A DNA stretch of 63,080 nucleotides from a virus. Taxonomy: Duplodnaviria; Caudoviricetes. The DNA lies in the IMG/VR virus record IMGVR_UViG_3300022562_000858, positions 1 to 63,080 of that record; one strand, given 5' to 3'. Below the pieces are notes generated by a model, which saw only the letters and a list, made by a program, of their open reading frames with translations, had not been told where the DNA came from and did no database searches. The stretch's first letter is position 1, and the number at the start of each line of letters is the position of its first letter. A program made the position numbers and the translations under genes. Below are positions 44,071-52,950 of this stretch, piece after piece.

Positions 44071-44458
44071 CACCTGCCCCCTTCTTCACGTTGCACTTCC
44101 GGCACGCCACGCGCAGGTTCTCAAGATCATCAGATCCGCCACGCGACACTGGAACAACATGGTCGATTGTCGCTTCCGATGGCATGAGGTTCGCTTTGCA
44201 GTATTGGCAAACCAAACCATCCCGGGCAATTACGCGATCACGCAGTTCTCGTGATACTGAGTCTCGACGTCGACGATCGCCACGCGGCGGGCCGGTTAGG
44301 CCGCGAGCGGTGAAAGCCTCATCGAGAAGCTTCAACACAAAACCGCCGTAACCGTCGCCCATGTGCCACAGAGGTTCTGCTGCCTCAGCGAACTTAACCG
44401 CCAATCGCTGCACCTTCGCGGTTGCGCGCCGCTCGAATTGTTCTTCCTCGCGGCTCAC
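44057..44458 (-). CDS. HNH endonuclease (133 aa)
   Basis: RDGLVCQYC..TIDHVVPVSRGG..NLRVACRKCNVKK. Confidence 0.88.
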   Translation of the reverse strand: MSREEEQFERRATAKVQRLAVKFAEAAEPLWHMGDGYGGFVLKLLDEAFTARGLTGPPRGDRRRRDSVSRELRDRVIARDGLVCQYCKANLMPSEATIDHVVPVSRGGSDDLENLRVACRKCNVKKGAGDAVV

Positions 44459-44640
44459 GCCAGGCCAAGCTCCCGTTCCATCTGTGCGACCTGCTCAGGC
44501 GATCTGGCGTAGACCTCCGCGGTGATGAGGTCGCAGACCTTATGCGCTGCAGGCTTCGGTAGGTCTTGCCCACAGAAGCGCAGCTCGTTCGAGAGCACGC
44601 GAATGCGATCTTCGCGGGCTATGTCGTCGTCGCATACCAT
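44455..44640 (-). CDS. Hypothetical protein (61 aa)
   Basis: GAGGGAG SD; RSPEQVAQMERELGL. Confidence 0.6.
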   Translation of the reverse strand: MVCDDDIAREDRIRVLSNELRFCGQDLPKPAAHKVCDLITAEVYARSPEQVAQMERELGLA

Positions 44641-44651
44641 GAGTCTCTCCC

Positions 44652-44741
44652 TCACCAGAGAAAGTGAATTGCCAACCACGCCTCTGCGATCAGCACCATG
44701 GCGAGCGCAATCGTGCCGGCCCAGCGCTTGAGGCGGTCCAT
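44652..44741 (-). CDS. Small TM peptide (29 aa)
   Basis: TGATG-coupled; MDRLKRWAGTIALAMVLIAEAWLAIHFLW. Confidence 0.45.
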   Translation of the reverse strand: MDRLKRWAGTIALAMVLIAEAWLAIHFLW

Positions 44742-44971
44742 CACATCTGCCCACCGAGCTCGCGGTCGGCGTCGGGGTCATCCGCCCGTCGATCCCACGC
44801 CTGTTCGGCGGCCTCCACCATCGCGTCTTGGTCTTTGAAATCGGCTCGCCACATCGTTGGCCCCTCGGCCTCACAGTCCGCGTTGGCGCACGACACCACT
44901 GCCGACGAAAACCAGTTCTTCGTGATCGTCTTGGTGTCGCCGCACCACGGACATGGTTTGCGGGCCGCCAT
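44741..44971 (-). CDS. Lar-like restriction alleviation protein (76 aa)
   Basis: KPCPWCG...C...C.AEGP...AWDRRA; TGATG-coupled. Confidence 0.65.
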   Translation of the reverse strand: MAARKPCPWCGDTKTITKNWFSSAVVSCANADCEAEGPTMWRADFKDQDAMVEAAEQAWDRRADDPDADRELGGQM

Positions 44972-45189
44972 CAGCTTGGATCGTGTCCGGTTTTGGTGGT
45001 GTGCAGCGTGGACCCACACGCATCATCTTGTTCGGTCACAAACTTTTCATGCCGCAAAGATTCAGCGGTGTGATGGACGTGCAGCACAGCTTCGGCCGCC
45101 AGAACCATGTCCCTCCAACAGCGCGCCTCGCGCATGAGCACGCGCAGCGCACCAAAGACCATCCGCGCTTCTCGTGGATAATCACTCAC
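44971..45189 (-). CDS. Hypothetical protein (72 aa)
   Basis: GTGA-coupled. Confidence 0.5.
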   Translation of the reverse strand: MSDYPREARMVFGALRVLMREARCWRDMVLAAEAVLHVHHTAESLRHEKFVTEQDDACGSTLHTTKTGHDPS

Positions 45190-45539
45190 TCTTTGATCCT
45201 CGAAAGCAGGCTGGCAACCTCGGGAAGCAACTGCTCGAGCCGGCGCACGACATCGGTGCGGCGCTGGTCCTCGTTGGGCAGAAACTTCTCGATCAGCCAG
45301 TAGATCGGGCGGTGATCGCCCGTGGCCTGGATAAACTCGGGGAGCATTTCGCCGGGGAAGTGGCGGCCGTCGGCGCTCGATAGCATCTGCGACAGAGCGC
45401 CAGGGCTAAGGCCCATGTCCGCGGCGACGTGCTTGAAGGGGTGGCGTCCCGGATTGTTGTATGCAGCCGCATGGAGCACGTCGGCCCAGCTCGGGAATTG
45501 CTCGGTAAGCCCCCCCTCGAAGTCCAGAGATAGCTGCAC
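45186..45539 (-). CDS. CII-like regulator (117 aa)
   Basis: AGGAGG with GTG; HTH KHVAADMGLSPGALSQML; downstream of cro. Confidence 0.7.
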   Translation of the reverse strand: MQLSLDFEGGLTEQFPSWADVLHAAAYNNPGRHPFKHVAADMGLSPGALSQMLSSADGRHFPGEMLPEFIQATGDHRPIYWLIEKFLPNEDQRRTDVVRRLEQLLPEVASLLSRIKE

Positions 45540-45588
45540 TGCACCTCCTGTGATCACACAGTCACAGTTGTTCACACCCCCCTGCGAT

Positions 45589-45623
45589 AAAAAGGCCGGA
45601 CCCTGCGAATGCAGAGCCCGGCC
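45589..45623 (-). terminator. tR1-like terminator between cro and cII
   Basis: GGCCGGGCTCTGC-ATTC-GCAGGGTCCGGCC-TTTTT. Confidence 0.75.
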
Positions 45624-45718
45624 AATACCTCACTTCGGATGACAGCAGGGAGGAACAAAGATGCCCGCACCGAAAGGCTTGATGTACCTATCGTTGAAAG
45701 GGAGTGGTGCGGGCGAAA

Positions 45719-45907
45719 TCATGCGGCGTTCTCAACGATGCCGCGTTTACGAGCGAGGGCCTGGATGCGGTTGCCGTTCTCGAAGCTGGTCCCGGCCCCA
45801 TGCTTGATCCGGTGGATCGTGGGCTGGGAGACGCCGACTTCCTCGGCTATGGCCGCCTCGCTCATGCCGTCAGCGATCAGGCGGACGATGACCTCGCTCA
45901 ATTCCAT
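45719..45907 (-). CDS. cro: Cro-like repressor (62 aa)
   Basis: MSEAAIAEEVGVSQPTIHRI HTH; divergent from cI. Confidence 0.85.
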   Translation of the reverse strand: MELSEVIVRLIADGMSEAAIAEEVGVSQPTIHRIKHGAGTSFENGNRIQALARKRGIVENAA

Positions 45908-45913
45908 AGGGCG

Positions 45914-45975
45914 AGACTAATGCGCTGGCGTATTGGCTGTCAATACCCTCGCGTATGCCTAATCGCGCGAGCATT
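45914..45975. promoter_or_regulatory. OR operators and pR
   Basis: AATGCGCTGGCGTATT (45919), AATACCCTCGCGTATG (45942), weaker site at 45961; minus-strand TTGACA, 18 bp, TAGTCT. Confidence 0.8.
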
Positions 45976-45999
45976 CAGGCTGGCCACGAGGACATTTGT

Positions 46000-46683
46000 A
46001 TGACCACGACCCGCGCAGGCAAGGTGCTGCGGACGCTCATGGAGCGTGATCAGATCAAGACCGAAGGCGAGTTGTCGCGCCGTACCGGAGTACCACAGCC
46101 CACTATTCACAGAATCCTATCGGGGGAAAGCCGTGCGCCCGAACTCGGGACGATGCAGCCCCTCGCCCGCTTCTTCCGCGTAACGATCGACCAGATCTAC
46201 GGGATCACCCCAATATCGACAACCGTCAAGAATCCGTCTAAGCTGAATCCACAACAGGGGAGAGACAAACAAGAAGGGGACACAATTCGCTTTTCGCTCG
46301 TCCCCCTGATTTCATGGATACAGGCCGGAAACTGGACGAATCTGGTGGATAACCTCGGACCAGGTGACGCGGAGGAATGGCTACCGTGCCCGGTGCTGAT
46401 CGGGCCGCATGGGTTCGCCCTGACCGTGCGCGGCGTGTCGATGGAGCCTACCTTCCGCGAGGGTGACATCATCTTCGTGGACCCCGACAAGCCGGCCGAC
46501 AACGGCTCCCTCGTCGTTGTGCGCCTCACCGACCAGGACGAAGGCACGTTCAAGAAGCTCATCATCGAGGGCGACCGGAAGTACCTGCACGCCCTCAATC
46601 CCAACTGGCCCGACCAGTACCTTCCCCTGCCCGCCAGCGCGGTGGTCTCCGGCGTCGTCGTTTTCCACGGCCGCCGCACCTGA
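46000..46683 (+). CDS. cI: CI repressor (HTH plus S24 peptidase, 227 aa)
   Basis: ELSRRTGVPQPTIHRI; IQAG cleavage site; GVSMEP and TFKKL catalytic dyad. Confidence 0.93.
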   Translation: MTTTRAGKVLRTLMERDQIKTEGELSRRTGVPQPTIHRILSGESRAPELGTMQPLARFFRVTIDQIYGITPISTTVKNPSKLNPQQGRDKQEGDTIRFSLVPLISWIQAGNWTNLVDNLGPGDAEEWLPCPVLIGPHGFALTVRGVSMEPTFREGDIIFVDPDKPADNGSLVVVRLTDQDEGTFKKLIIEGDRKYLHALNPNWPDQYLPLPASAVVSGVVVFHGRRT

Positions 46684-46701
46684 CCCTTTTTTCCCTATCG
46701 T

Positions 46702-46745
46702 AATACGCTGGGGTATTGACTCCGGCTAATACGCTAGCGTATCGT
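46702..46745 (+). promoter_or_regulatory. OL operators and pL
   Basis: AATACGCTGGGGTATT (46702), AATACGCTAGCGTATC (46728); TTGACT, 18 bp, TATCGT. Confidence 0.82.
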
Positions 46746-46801
46746 CGGCAGCATGACTCGGGCCAATCCAGGTCCGCCACCTTGCCGCTAGGAGATACGC
46801 C

Positions 46802-47356
46802 ATGGACCGCCGCCGCTTTCTTCGCCGCGCCATCCTCCTTTGCCTCGTGGTCGTCGCCGTGTGCGCGGCCATCCTGCTCGGCGGGTGTGCGTCCACCGAC
46901 ACCGGTCGCAAGGCCGAGCTCGGCGGCACCGCGGACCTCGGCTCGACCGGCCTGGCGCTCGCCAATGGCGCCAATGAAGCCAACCCGCTCGGCTGGGGTG
47001 CATTGGCGGTCAAGCAACTCTTGGTCAAGCACGGCGACGCCCTTCCCTGCCCCGAGCGCCGCGAATGGCACCGTGCCGGTGCGGCCGTCAATTGGGGCTT
47101 TGCCGGTTGGAACGCAGGCCAGCTCGTTGCCGTGACGGTGGGCGCGGGCGGTATAGGCGTTGTCGCCGCCGGCATGGTTAGCGCGGTAGGCCTCTCGCAG
47201 TGGGCCGCGCGCGACTTCGATGATCTTCCGCCCTGCGCGTTACCGGATCGTGCGTGGGACGAGGACCCAAGCTGCAACATCGCTGACTGCTGGAGCCTCG
47301 ACCTCTGGCCTTCCGAAATCGCCCAGCTTGAGCAGTACGAGTGGGAGCACTACTGA
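46802..47356 (+). CDS. Putative Tat-signal lipoprotein (184 aa)
   Basis: MDRRRFLRR, hydrophobic stretch, LGGC lipobox; GANEANPL; AGGAG SD. Confidence 0.7.
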   Translation: MDRRRFLRRAILLCLVVVAVCAAILLGGCASTDTGRKAELGGTADLGSTGLALANGANEANPLGWGALAVKQLLVKHGDALPCPERREWHRAGAAVNWGFAGWNAGQLVAVTVGAGGIGVVAAGMVSAVGLSQWAARDFDDLPPCALPDRAWDEDPSCNIADCWSLDLWPSEIAQLEQYEWEHY

Positions 47357-47381
47357 TCCATCCACCACACGAGGCAGACCC

Positions 47382-47876
47382 ATGAAAGAACTCCGCATCA
47401 AGAAGCACCAAGGCAACCTCGCCGCCATTGCCGGCAACCGCGAAAAGGCTGGCGAGGACCTCGGTGCACTGTACGCCGCCCTCAAGTTCGTCGTCACCGC
47501 CACGCCCGACCTGTTGCGCGCGGTGCTGGGCGATACCGAGTCGGTGAGCGCACTGGTCAAGTCCCTGTGGGACAAGGACGGCCACTTGCTCCTGCCCGAC
47601 ATCGGGGTGATGGACCTCAATTGCGAGTTCGACACGCACGAGCTCGCGATCTGGTGCGGCGACGAGAAGCTGGAGTTCCTGCGCACGCGGTACAAGAAGT
47701 TCATCTGCCAGCCGGGGATTTCCAACTCGCTCGAACTGACCTTCACCGCGCTGATCTACCCGAAGAACGGGCCGCAGCTCGGCATCCTGTACGACTACCT
47801 GCACACCGACGTCGAGTTCGCGATCAAGCCGCAGCAGCGCAGCACGGTCGAGGACGACGAGACTGAGGCGGCGTAG
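47382..47876 (+). CDS. Hypothetical protein (164 aa)
   Basis: GAGG SD; strong codon bias. Confidence 0.7.
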   Translation: MKELRIKKHQGNLAAIAGNREKAGEDLGALYAALKFVVTATPDLLRAVLGDTESVSALVKSLWDKDGHLLLPDIGVMDLNCEFDTHELAIWCGDEKLEFLRTRYKKFICQPGISNSLELTFTALIYPKNGPQLGILYDYLHTDVEFAIKPQQRSTVEDDETEAA

Positions 47877-48040
47877 TGGACGCCGCGCTCAACATCCCCG
47901 TTCCGTTATGGGTGGTGCTGGTGGGCATCGCAGGCGGCGTAGTGATCGCGACGCTGTTCGTGCGCCACACCGCGCCACCCGAGGACGACGAGCCGGCGAT
48001 TGGCGCCGAAGCCGCGTGGCCGCAGGACAGGGGCGAATGA
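47876..48040 (+). CDS. Small TM protein (54 aa)
   Basis: GTG overlaps upstream TAG; hydrophobic segment. Confidence 0.45.
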   Translation: MDAALNIPVPLWVVLVGIAGGVVIATLFVRHTAPPEDDEPAIGAEAAWPQDRGE

Positions 48041-48177
48041 CCATGCTCGCCGGCTACGCCACGACGGACCTCTACCCGCCCACGTCGATGGGACCGGACT
48101 GGATGCCGGTGCTCGAGGCCGTTGCTGCGCGCGCTTTTGTGATAGCCGACGCCATGCTCGAGGCGCGAAACAAATGA
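48037..48177 (+). CDS. Small hypothetical protein (46 aa)
   Basis: ATGA-coupled; AF.IADAMLEAR C-terminus typical of small phage proteins. Confidence 0.55.
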   Translation: MTMLAGYATTDLYPPTSMGPDWMPVLEAVAARAFVIADAMLEARNK

Positions 48178-48286
48178 CCACCGCCCTGACCATCCTCGGG
48201 CTGATCCTGCTGCCGATGGTCTGCAGCGCGATCTGCGCGGGGGAAAAGTTCTGTCAGGGTGACGAGAACGAAGGGAGTCCGTTGCT

Positions 48287-48580
48287 GTGAGCAAGCGCCC
48301 AACCTCTGCGGAGTCTGAGTACATGGGCGAGGTCAGGCAGCTCGGGTGCCTGCTGTGCGGTGATCCCGCAAGCCTGCATCACCCGCGCTCAGATCAAGGC
48401 ATGGGCGGGCGCGAGTCTCACTGGCTCGTGATCCCGCTTTGCTACGAGTGTCACCAGGGACCGAACGGCATCCACGGCAACCGATCGCTGATGCGGATTC
48501 ACAAGATGTCCGAGTGGGACATGCTGGCCGAGGTCAACAAGCGGCTGGCGCTCAATCGGAGGACGGGGAATGGACGCTAG
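48287..48580 (+). CDS. Ref/DUF968-like HNH-fold protein (97 aa)
   Basis: GCLLC..HH..GMG..VIPLCYECHQG..GIHG. Confidence 0.75.
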   Translation: MSKRPTSAESEYMGEVRQLGCLLCGDPASLHHPRSDQGMGGRESHWLVIPLCYECHQGPNGIHGNRSLMRIHKMSEWDMLAEVNKRLALNRRTGNGR

Positions 48581-49178
48581 AAGTGTGGTTGGAAGAAAAG
48601 TCGGGCGTCTCATGGCTGTCCGCCTCCTAAATGCTCGGACCTTGATCTGTGTATGCAGTTGCGGCAACACGCGCACCTGTCAGCCGAGCCATTTTCGAGC
48701 AGGTTATCTAAAGTCCTGCGGTTGTCATGTCGTTCGTCACGGGCACGGCAAAACAGGAGACAAAAGCCGAGAGTACATCTGCTACTACAACATGCTTGCG
48801 CGCTGCCACAACCCAAATAACAAGCGCTATGCCGACTACGGAGGAAAAGGCATTGTCGTATGCGCTGAGTGGCGCAACTCTTTCATGGCTTTTTTGGCGG
48901 ACATGGGTCCGTGTCCAGAGGGATACACGATAGACCGAATCGACAATAGCAATGGCTACTCTCCGGACAACTGCCGCTGGGTTTCTCGACAGACTAACCA
49001 ACGGAATCGCGAGATTTCAATGGTGTGGATTGTTTATGGGGTGCGCTATCCAACTGCTGCAGATGCCGCCAAGGCGCATCGGGTATCCACAGCAACAATC
49101 GCAGCATGGTGCAAAGGCCGGCTGACAGTTCATGGCTACTACCCACCCAAACCCAACTGCCGTATTGAACAATCCTGA
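48570..49178 (+). CDS. HNH homing endonuclease (202 aa)
   Basis: C.CSCGN..KSCGC, YGGKGI.VC.EW, TIDRIDNSNGYSPDNCRW; lower GC. Confidence 0.85.
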   Translation: MDARSVVGRKVGRLMAVRLLNARTLICVCSCGNTRTCQPSHFRAGYLKSCGCHVVRHGHGKTGDKSREYICYYNMLARCHNPNNKRYADYGGKGIVVCAEWRNSFMAFLADMGPCPEGYTIDRIDNSNGYSPDNCRWVSRQTNQRNREISMVWIVYGVRYPTAADAAKAHRVSTATIAAWCKGRLTVHGYYPPKPNCRIEQS

Positions 49179-49194
49179 TCCGCTGGAGCTGACC

Positions 49195-49440
49195 ATGAAC
49201 GATCCTGCCTTTATGACCGACGCCGAGCTGCAAGATAGGAAGTCTCACAAGCGAATGTTGCACGGCCGATGCCAATCCCCGGGCTTTGTCATCGACCTGC
49301 TGCAAAACGCCGACGCAAAGCTGGCTGAGGCGGTCGCGAGCCTGGTCTGTGCGCAGTACCGGCGCGACAGCATCCGTGCCGCGTGCGCCGACAAGGTGGT
49401 GCGTGAACTGGAACGCCTGGCGGAAACGGTATGGCAGTGA
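49195..49440 (+). CDS. Hypothetical protein (81 aa)
   Basis: GGAG SD. Confidence 0.55.
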   Translation: MNDPAFMTDAELQDRKSHKRMLHGRCQSPGFVIDLLQNADAKLAEAVASLVCAQYRRDSIRAACADKVVRELERLAETVWQ

Positions 49441-50174
49441 ATCCAATCCTTTTCTCCGGCCCGATGGTCCGTGCGCTTTTGGACGGTCGCAAGACGCAGA
49501 CGCGGCGAGTGGTTAAGGGGTTGCCTGACGACATAACGGAGGGGCCGCGATATTGGTGTCCACCGGGCGGCCACTCACGCGATGGGTGGGCCAATCCCGG
49601 CATTAACTACTGGACGCCACAAGGGAACCACCTTGATCCTTGCCCCTACGGCCAACCCGGCGATCTTCTGTGGGTGAGGGAAACGTGGGGACTTATCACC
49701 TTGCGTTGCCTGACCCATCCAATCCCCGACCAACGGCAAGTCGTGTACCGCGCTGGTCGATTGGCGCTTTCAGGTAAGGATGCCCCACCCGACTACAACA
49801 TGGACAACTGGCCGGTGTCGTGGAGCCAAGACGGGCCTCCTAGCGATGGTCGCTGGCGCTCCCCCATCTACATGCCCCGCTGGGCGTCCCGCCTCACCCT
49901 GCGCCTGACCGATGTGCGGGTGGAGAGGGTGCAAGAGATTAGCGAGGACGACGCTAGAGCGGAAGGAGTGAGTCTGTCTTGGGTGACCAAACCTCGCGAC
50001 GGAACATTGCCGCCAGGGTCCTTCCGTGGCGGGACTTGGCGCTGTGGGCTTCAAAAGACTTGGGACTCCATCAACGGCAAGAAACACCCGTGGGACAGCA
50101 ACCCGTGGGTGTGGGTGCTGTGCTTCGAGACGATTCTGCGCAACGTCGACGAAGTGCTCAAGGAGGCCGCCTGA
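49431..50174 (+). CDS. ASCH/PUA-like phage protein (247 aa)
   Basis: PILFSGPMVRALLDGRKTQTRR, CPYGQPGD.LWVRETW, MPRWASR, NPWVWV. Confidence 0.85.
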   Translation: MAVNPILFSGPMVRALLDGRKTQTRRVVKGLPDDITEGPRYWCPPGGHSRDGWANPGINYWTPQGNHLDPCPYGQPGDLLWVRETWGLITLRCLTHPIPDQRQVVYRAGRLALSGKDAPPDYNMDNWPVSWSQDGPPSDGRWRSPIYMPRWASRLTLRLTDVRVERVQEISEDDARAEGVSLSWVTKPRDGTLPPGSFRGGTWRCGLQKTWDSINGKKHPWDSNPWVWVLCFETILRNVDEVLKEAA

Positions 50175-50629
50175 TGGAAAGCGTTGATCGCAAGTTCAAG
50201 CTCGTCAGCGAAGAACACTGTCACGAGGCTATGCGCTGGATGCTCAAGGCCGTGGAGTCGGGAAAGCTGCACGAGGTTGAACTGCGCCCGGCCCGCGAGC
50301 TGCGCACGCTTGGAGCGAACGCACGGTATTGGGCCACGCTGACCGAGTACCTGAACCAGATCCGGGCGGCCATCATGGCGCTCTGTGATCACACCGGACA
50401 TACGCCGATGGAGATTCGGCGCAGCATCGCCCAAACGATGCCGATTGAATACGGCGTGCTCCTGTTCGTTGACGATCCCGAACCAGCGCACGGCGTTCTC
50501 AAGAAGATATACGGAGTTCCAACCAGCACCAGGATGACGAAGAAGAACTTTCAGACCTTTCACGACAGGATGGAAGCCACGATGAGCGAAGTCCTGGGAA
50601 CCGTCAACGCATACGGAGCAAAGCTATGA
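50174..50629 (+). CDS. NinB-like recombination accessory protein (151 aa)
   Basis: RTLGANARYWATL and TSTRMTKKNF motifs. Confidence 0.6.
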   Translation: MESVDRKFKLVSEEHCHEAMRWMLKAVESGKLHEVELRPARELRTLGANARYWATLTEYLNQIRAAIMALCDHTGHTPMEIRRSIAQTMPIEYGVLLFVDDPEPAHGVLKKIYGVPTSTRMTKKNFQTFHDRMEATMSEVLGTVNAYGAKL

Positions 50630-51408
50630 CCACAAAGACCGCTACCGCAGAGCAGCAGGAGCGCGAAGTCCTGCCTGCCACACAAGAACAGCCCGCATCC
50701 ACCTTGCCCGCCACGAAGGGACACATCGACGCGATGACCCTTGTCGGGCAGGCGGTCTCCAACGGCGCCAGTGTCGAGAACATCGACAAGCTGATCGAGC
50801 TGGTGAAGTTCAACGACGCGCGCGAGGCGCTGCGTGCCTATAACGCTGCATTCACAGAGGCACAGTCCAAGTTCCCTGAGATACCGAAAACCAAGAAGGG
50901 CCACCACGACAATTGGTTTGCGCCCTACGAGGAAATCGTGCCACGGATTCGCCCTGTGCTGATGCAACACGGATTTTCGTTTCGGCATGAAATCACCGAG
51001 AGCGGTGACGCCAAGATGGTTACGGTGACGTGCATCCTGGCGCACCGCGAAGGGCACAGCGAGTCCTCAACGCTGTCCGGCCCGGCTGACAACAGCGGCA
51101 GCAAAAACGCGATCCAAGCCATCGCCTCGACGGTGAAGTATCTCAAGCGATACACGCTGGAAGCTGTCACCGGCATCGTGACCGAAGATGGAGACGACGA
51201 CGGCAACGCCGCCGGCGCTGCAGAGACCATCACCGAAAGCCAGATCGCTGACCTGGAGGCGAAGATCGAGGAAGTGGGCGCCGACCGCGCGAAGTTCCTC
51301 AAGTATTGCCGGGTCAGAGAGCCGGGCGAAATCCTCGCCAAGAACTTCAAGGCCGTGTGCGCCAAGCTCGATGAGAAGGCGCGGCACGACCGGAGTGCGC
51401 GCCGATGA
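50626..51408 (+). CDS. erf: ERF-family ssDNA annealing protein
   Basis: VTCILAHREGHSE..QAIASTVKYLKRYTL..DDDGN. Confidence 0.88.
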   Translation: MTTKTATAEQQEREVLPATQEQPASTLPATKGHIDAMTLVGQAVSNGASVENIDKLIELVKFNDAREALRAYNAAFTEAQSKFPEIPKTKKGHHDNWFAPYEEIVPRIRPVLMQHGFSFRHEITESGDAKMVTVTCILAHREGHSESSTLSGPADNSGSKNAIQAIASTVKYLKRYTLEAVTGIVTEDGDDDGNAAGAAETITESQIADLEAKIEEVGADRAKFLKYCRVREPGEILAKNFKAVCAKLDEKARHDRSARR

Positions 51409-52007
51409 TCCAGGTCTACGACTGCGAGCAGGGCTCGGAAGAATGGTTCCGGGCTCGCATGGGCATCCCTACCGCCAGCGAGTTCGCCACCGTCATGGCA
51501 AAGGGCAAAGGTTCGTCGCCATCCAAGACGCGCCGCACCTACATGCTCAAGTTGCTAGGCGAACGGCTGACCGAAGAACCGATGGACACCTACAGCAATC
51601 ACCACATGGAGCGCGGCAAGATCATGGAGGCCGAGGCGGCGGATGCGTACCAGCTTATCGCAGACACGGACTGCAGCAAGGTAGGGTTCATCCGCAACGG
51701 CGACAAGGGCGCGTCTCCTGATCTGATGGCCGGTAGCAACGGCGTCGTGGAGATAAAGAGCAAGCTCCCACACATTTTACTCGACATCCTGTTTTCAGAG
51801 CAGATGCCGCCCGAGCACATGGCGCAGGTCCAGGGCCAGATATGGGTCGCCGAACGCGAGTGGTGCGACTTCGTTTGCTACTGGCCGAAGCTGCGCACGT
51901 TCGTCAAGCGGGTCTACCGCGACGAGAAGTACATCAACCAACTGGCCGGCGAGGTCGCCCGGTTTAACGATGAGCTCCGCGAGCTCGAATTGAGGTATGC
52001 AGCATGA
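51405..52007 (+). CDS. YqaJ / lambda-exonuclease family
   Basis: QGSEEWFRARMGIPTASEF, GASPD, EIKS, QVQGQIWV. Confidence 0.9.
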   Translation: MIQVYDCEQGSEEWFRARMGIPTASEFATVMAKGKGSSPSKTRRTYMLKLLGERLTEEPMDTYSNHHMERGKIMEAEAADAYQLIADTDCSKVGFIRNGDKGASPDLMAGSNGVVEIKSKLPHILLDILFSEQMPPEHMAQVQGQIWVAEREWCDFVCYWPKLRTFVKRVYRDEKYINQLAGEVARFNDELRELELRYAA

Positions 52008-52363
52008 GCAACGTATTCGCCTTTCAAGGCCGCCTTGGTGCCGACGCCACCAAGCATGAAAAGAACGGCAAGACCTTCGCCCGCTTTCGGGTCGCCAATG
52101 ACGTGGGCTACGGCAAGCGCAAGAGCACGCAGTGGGTCACATGCTGGATATTCGGCAAGCGCGCCGGGTCCGCGCTGATCGACCACTTGACGAAGGGACA
52201 GAGCGTGTTCGTAACGGGTGAGCTGCGCGTTGAGGCAAAGGACGGCAAGGCCGAAATGAACCTCAACGTGAACGCCCTCGACCTGACCGGGAGCGCACCC
52301 CGCTCCCAGGATGGAGGGTCCGGCGGCAACAGTGACGACTTTGACGACGACATACCGTTCTAG
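52004..52363 (+). CDS. ssb: Single-stranded DNA-binding protein
   Basis: GRLGADA..KGQSVFVTGEL; DDDIPF tail. Confidence 0.92.
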   Translation: MSNVFAFQGRLGADATKHEKNGKTFARFRVANDVGYGKRKSTQWVTCWIFGKRAGSALIDHLTKGQSVFVTGELRVEAKDGKAEMNLNVNALDLTGSAPRSQDGGSGGNSDDFDDDIPF

Positions 52364-52368
52364 CGAAC

Positions 52369-52584
52369 ATGGACCTCCTTGACGAGTTTCACGAGTACAT
52401 GCAACGGTTGCACCCCGGCTGGACGATGACGGTGCAACCGTTCGGTTGCACGCCCGCCGTATACGGCTGCGAAATCACCATTCCATCCTACGAGTTTCGC
52501 GCGGACGGCACGACGGTGCGTGAAGCCGTGGGCCTGGCGTTCGACAAGCTGCGCACGTTCGATAGGCGCTGGGGCGCGGCATGA
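52369..52584 (+). CDS. Hypothetical protein (71 aa)
   Basis: ATGA-coupled to the next gene. Confidence 0.55.
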   Translation: MDLLDEFHEYMQRLHPGWTMTVQPFGCTPAVYGCEITIPSYEFRADGTTVREAVGLAFDKLRTFDRRWGAA

Positions 52585-52940
52585 GCGGCAAGATTCTTGG
52601 CCACGGCACATGCAAGAAGTGCGGCGAGCCGATCCGCTGGACCAAGACGGCCAAGGGCAACTTCATGCCCATTCAGGCCAACGACAACGAGCCGCACTTC
52701 CCGCACTGCGGCAAGGGCTCGTGGTCCCTGGACGATTGGGCCGACTACCTGATCGAGACCGGGAAGAAGATCAAGGAGAAGAACAAGCGCCCGGCGATCA
52801 CAGGACGCACCCGCAAATCCTTTTACGACGGCGAGCGCCCGCCGTGGGACTACCCCGGTGAGTTCATCGACTGTTGCGACACCAAGGCGATCGCCAGGCA
52901 GGTCCGCGCCCGCATGGCCGCCGATCACCAACCCAACTGA
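52581..52940 (+). CDS. Hypothetical Zn-binding protein (119 aa)
   Basis: CKKCGEPIRW.KT..G..MP..HFPHC. Confidence 0.7.
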   Translation: MSGKILGHGTCKKCGEPIRWTKTAKGNFMPIQANDNEPHFPHCGKGSWSLDDWADYLIETGKKIKEKNKRPAITGRTRKSFYDGERPPWDYPGEFIDCCDTKAIARQVRARMAADHQPN

Positions 52941-52950
52941 GGACCGAACC

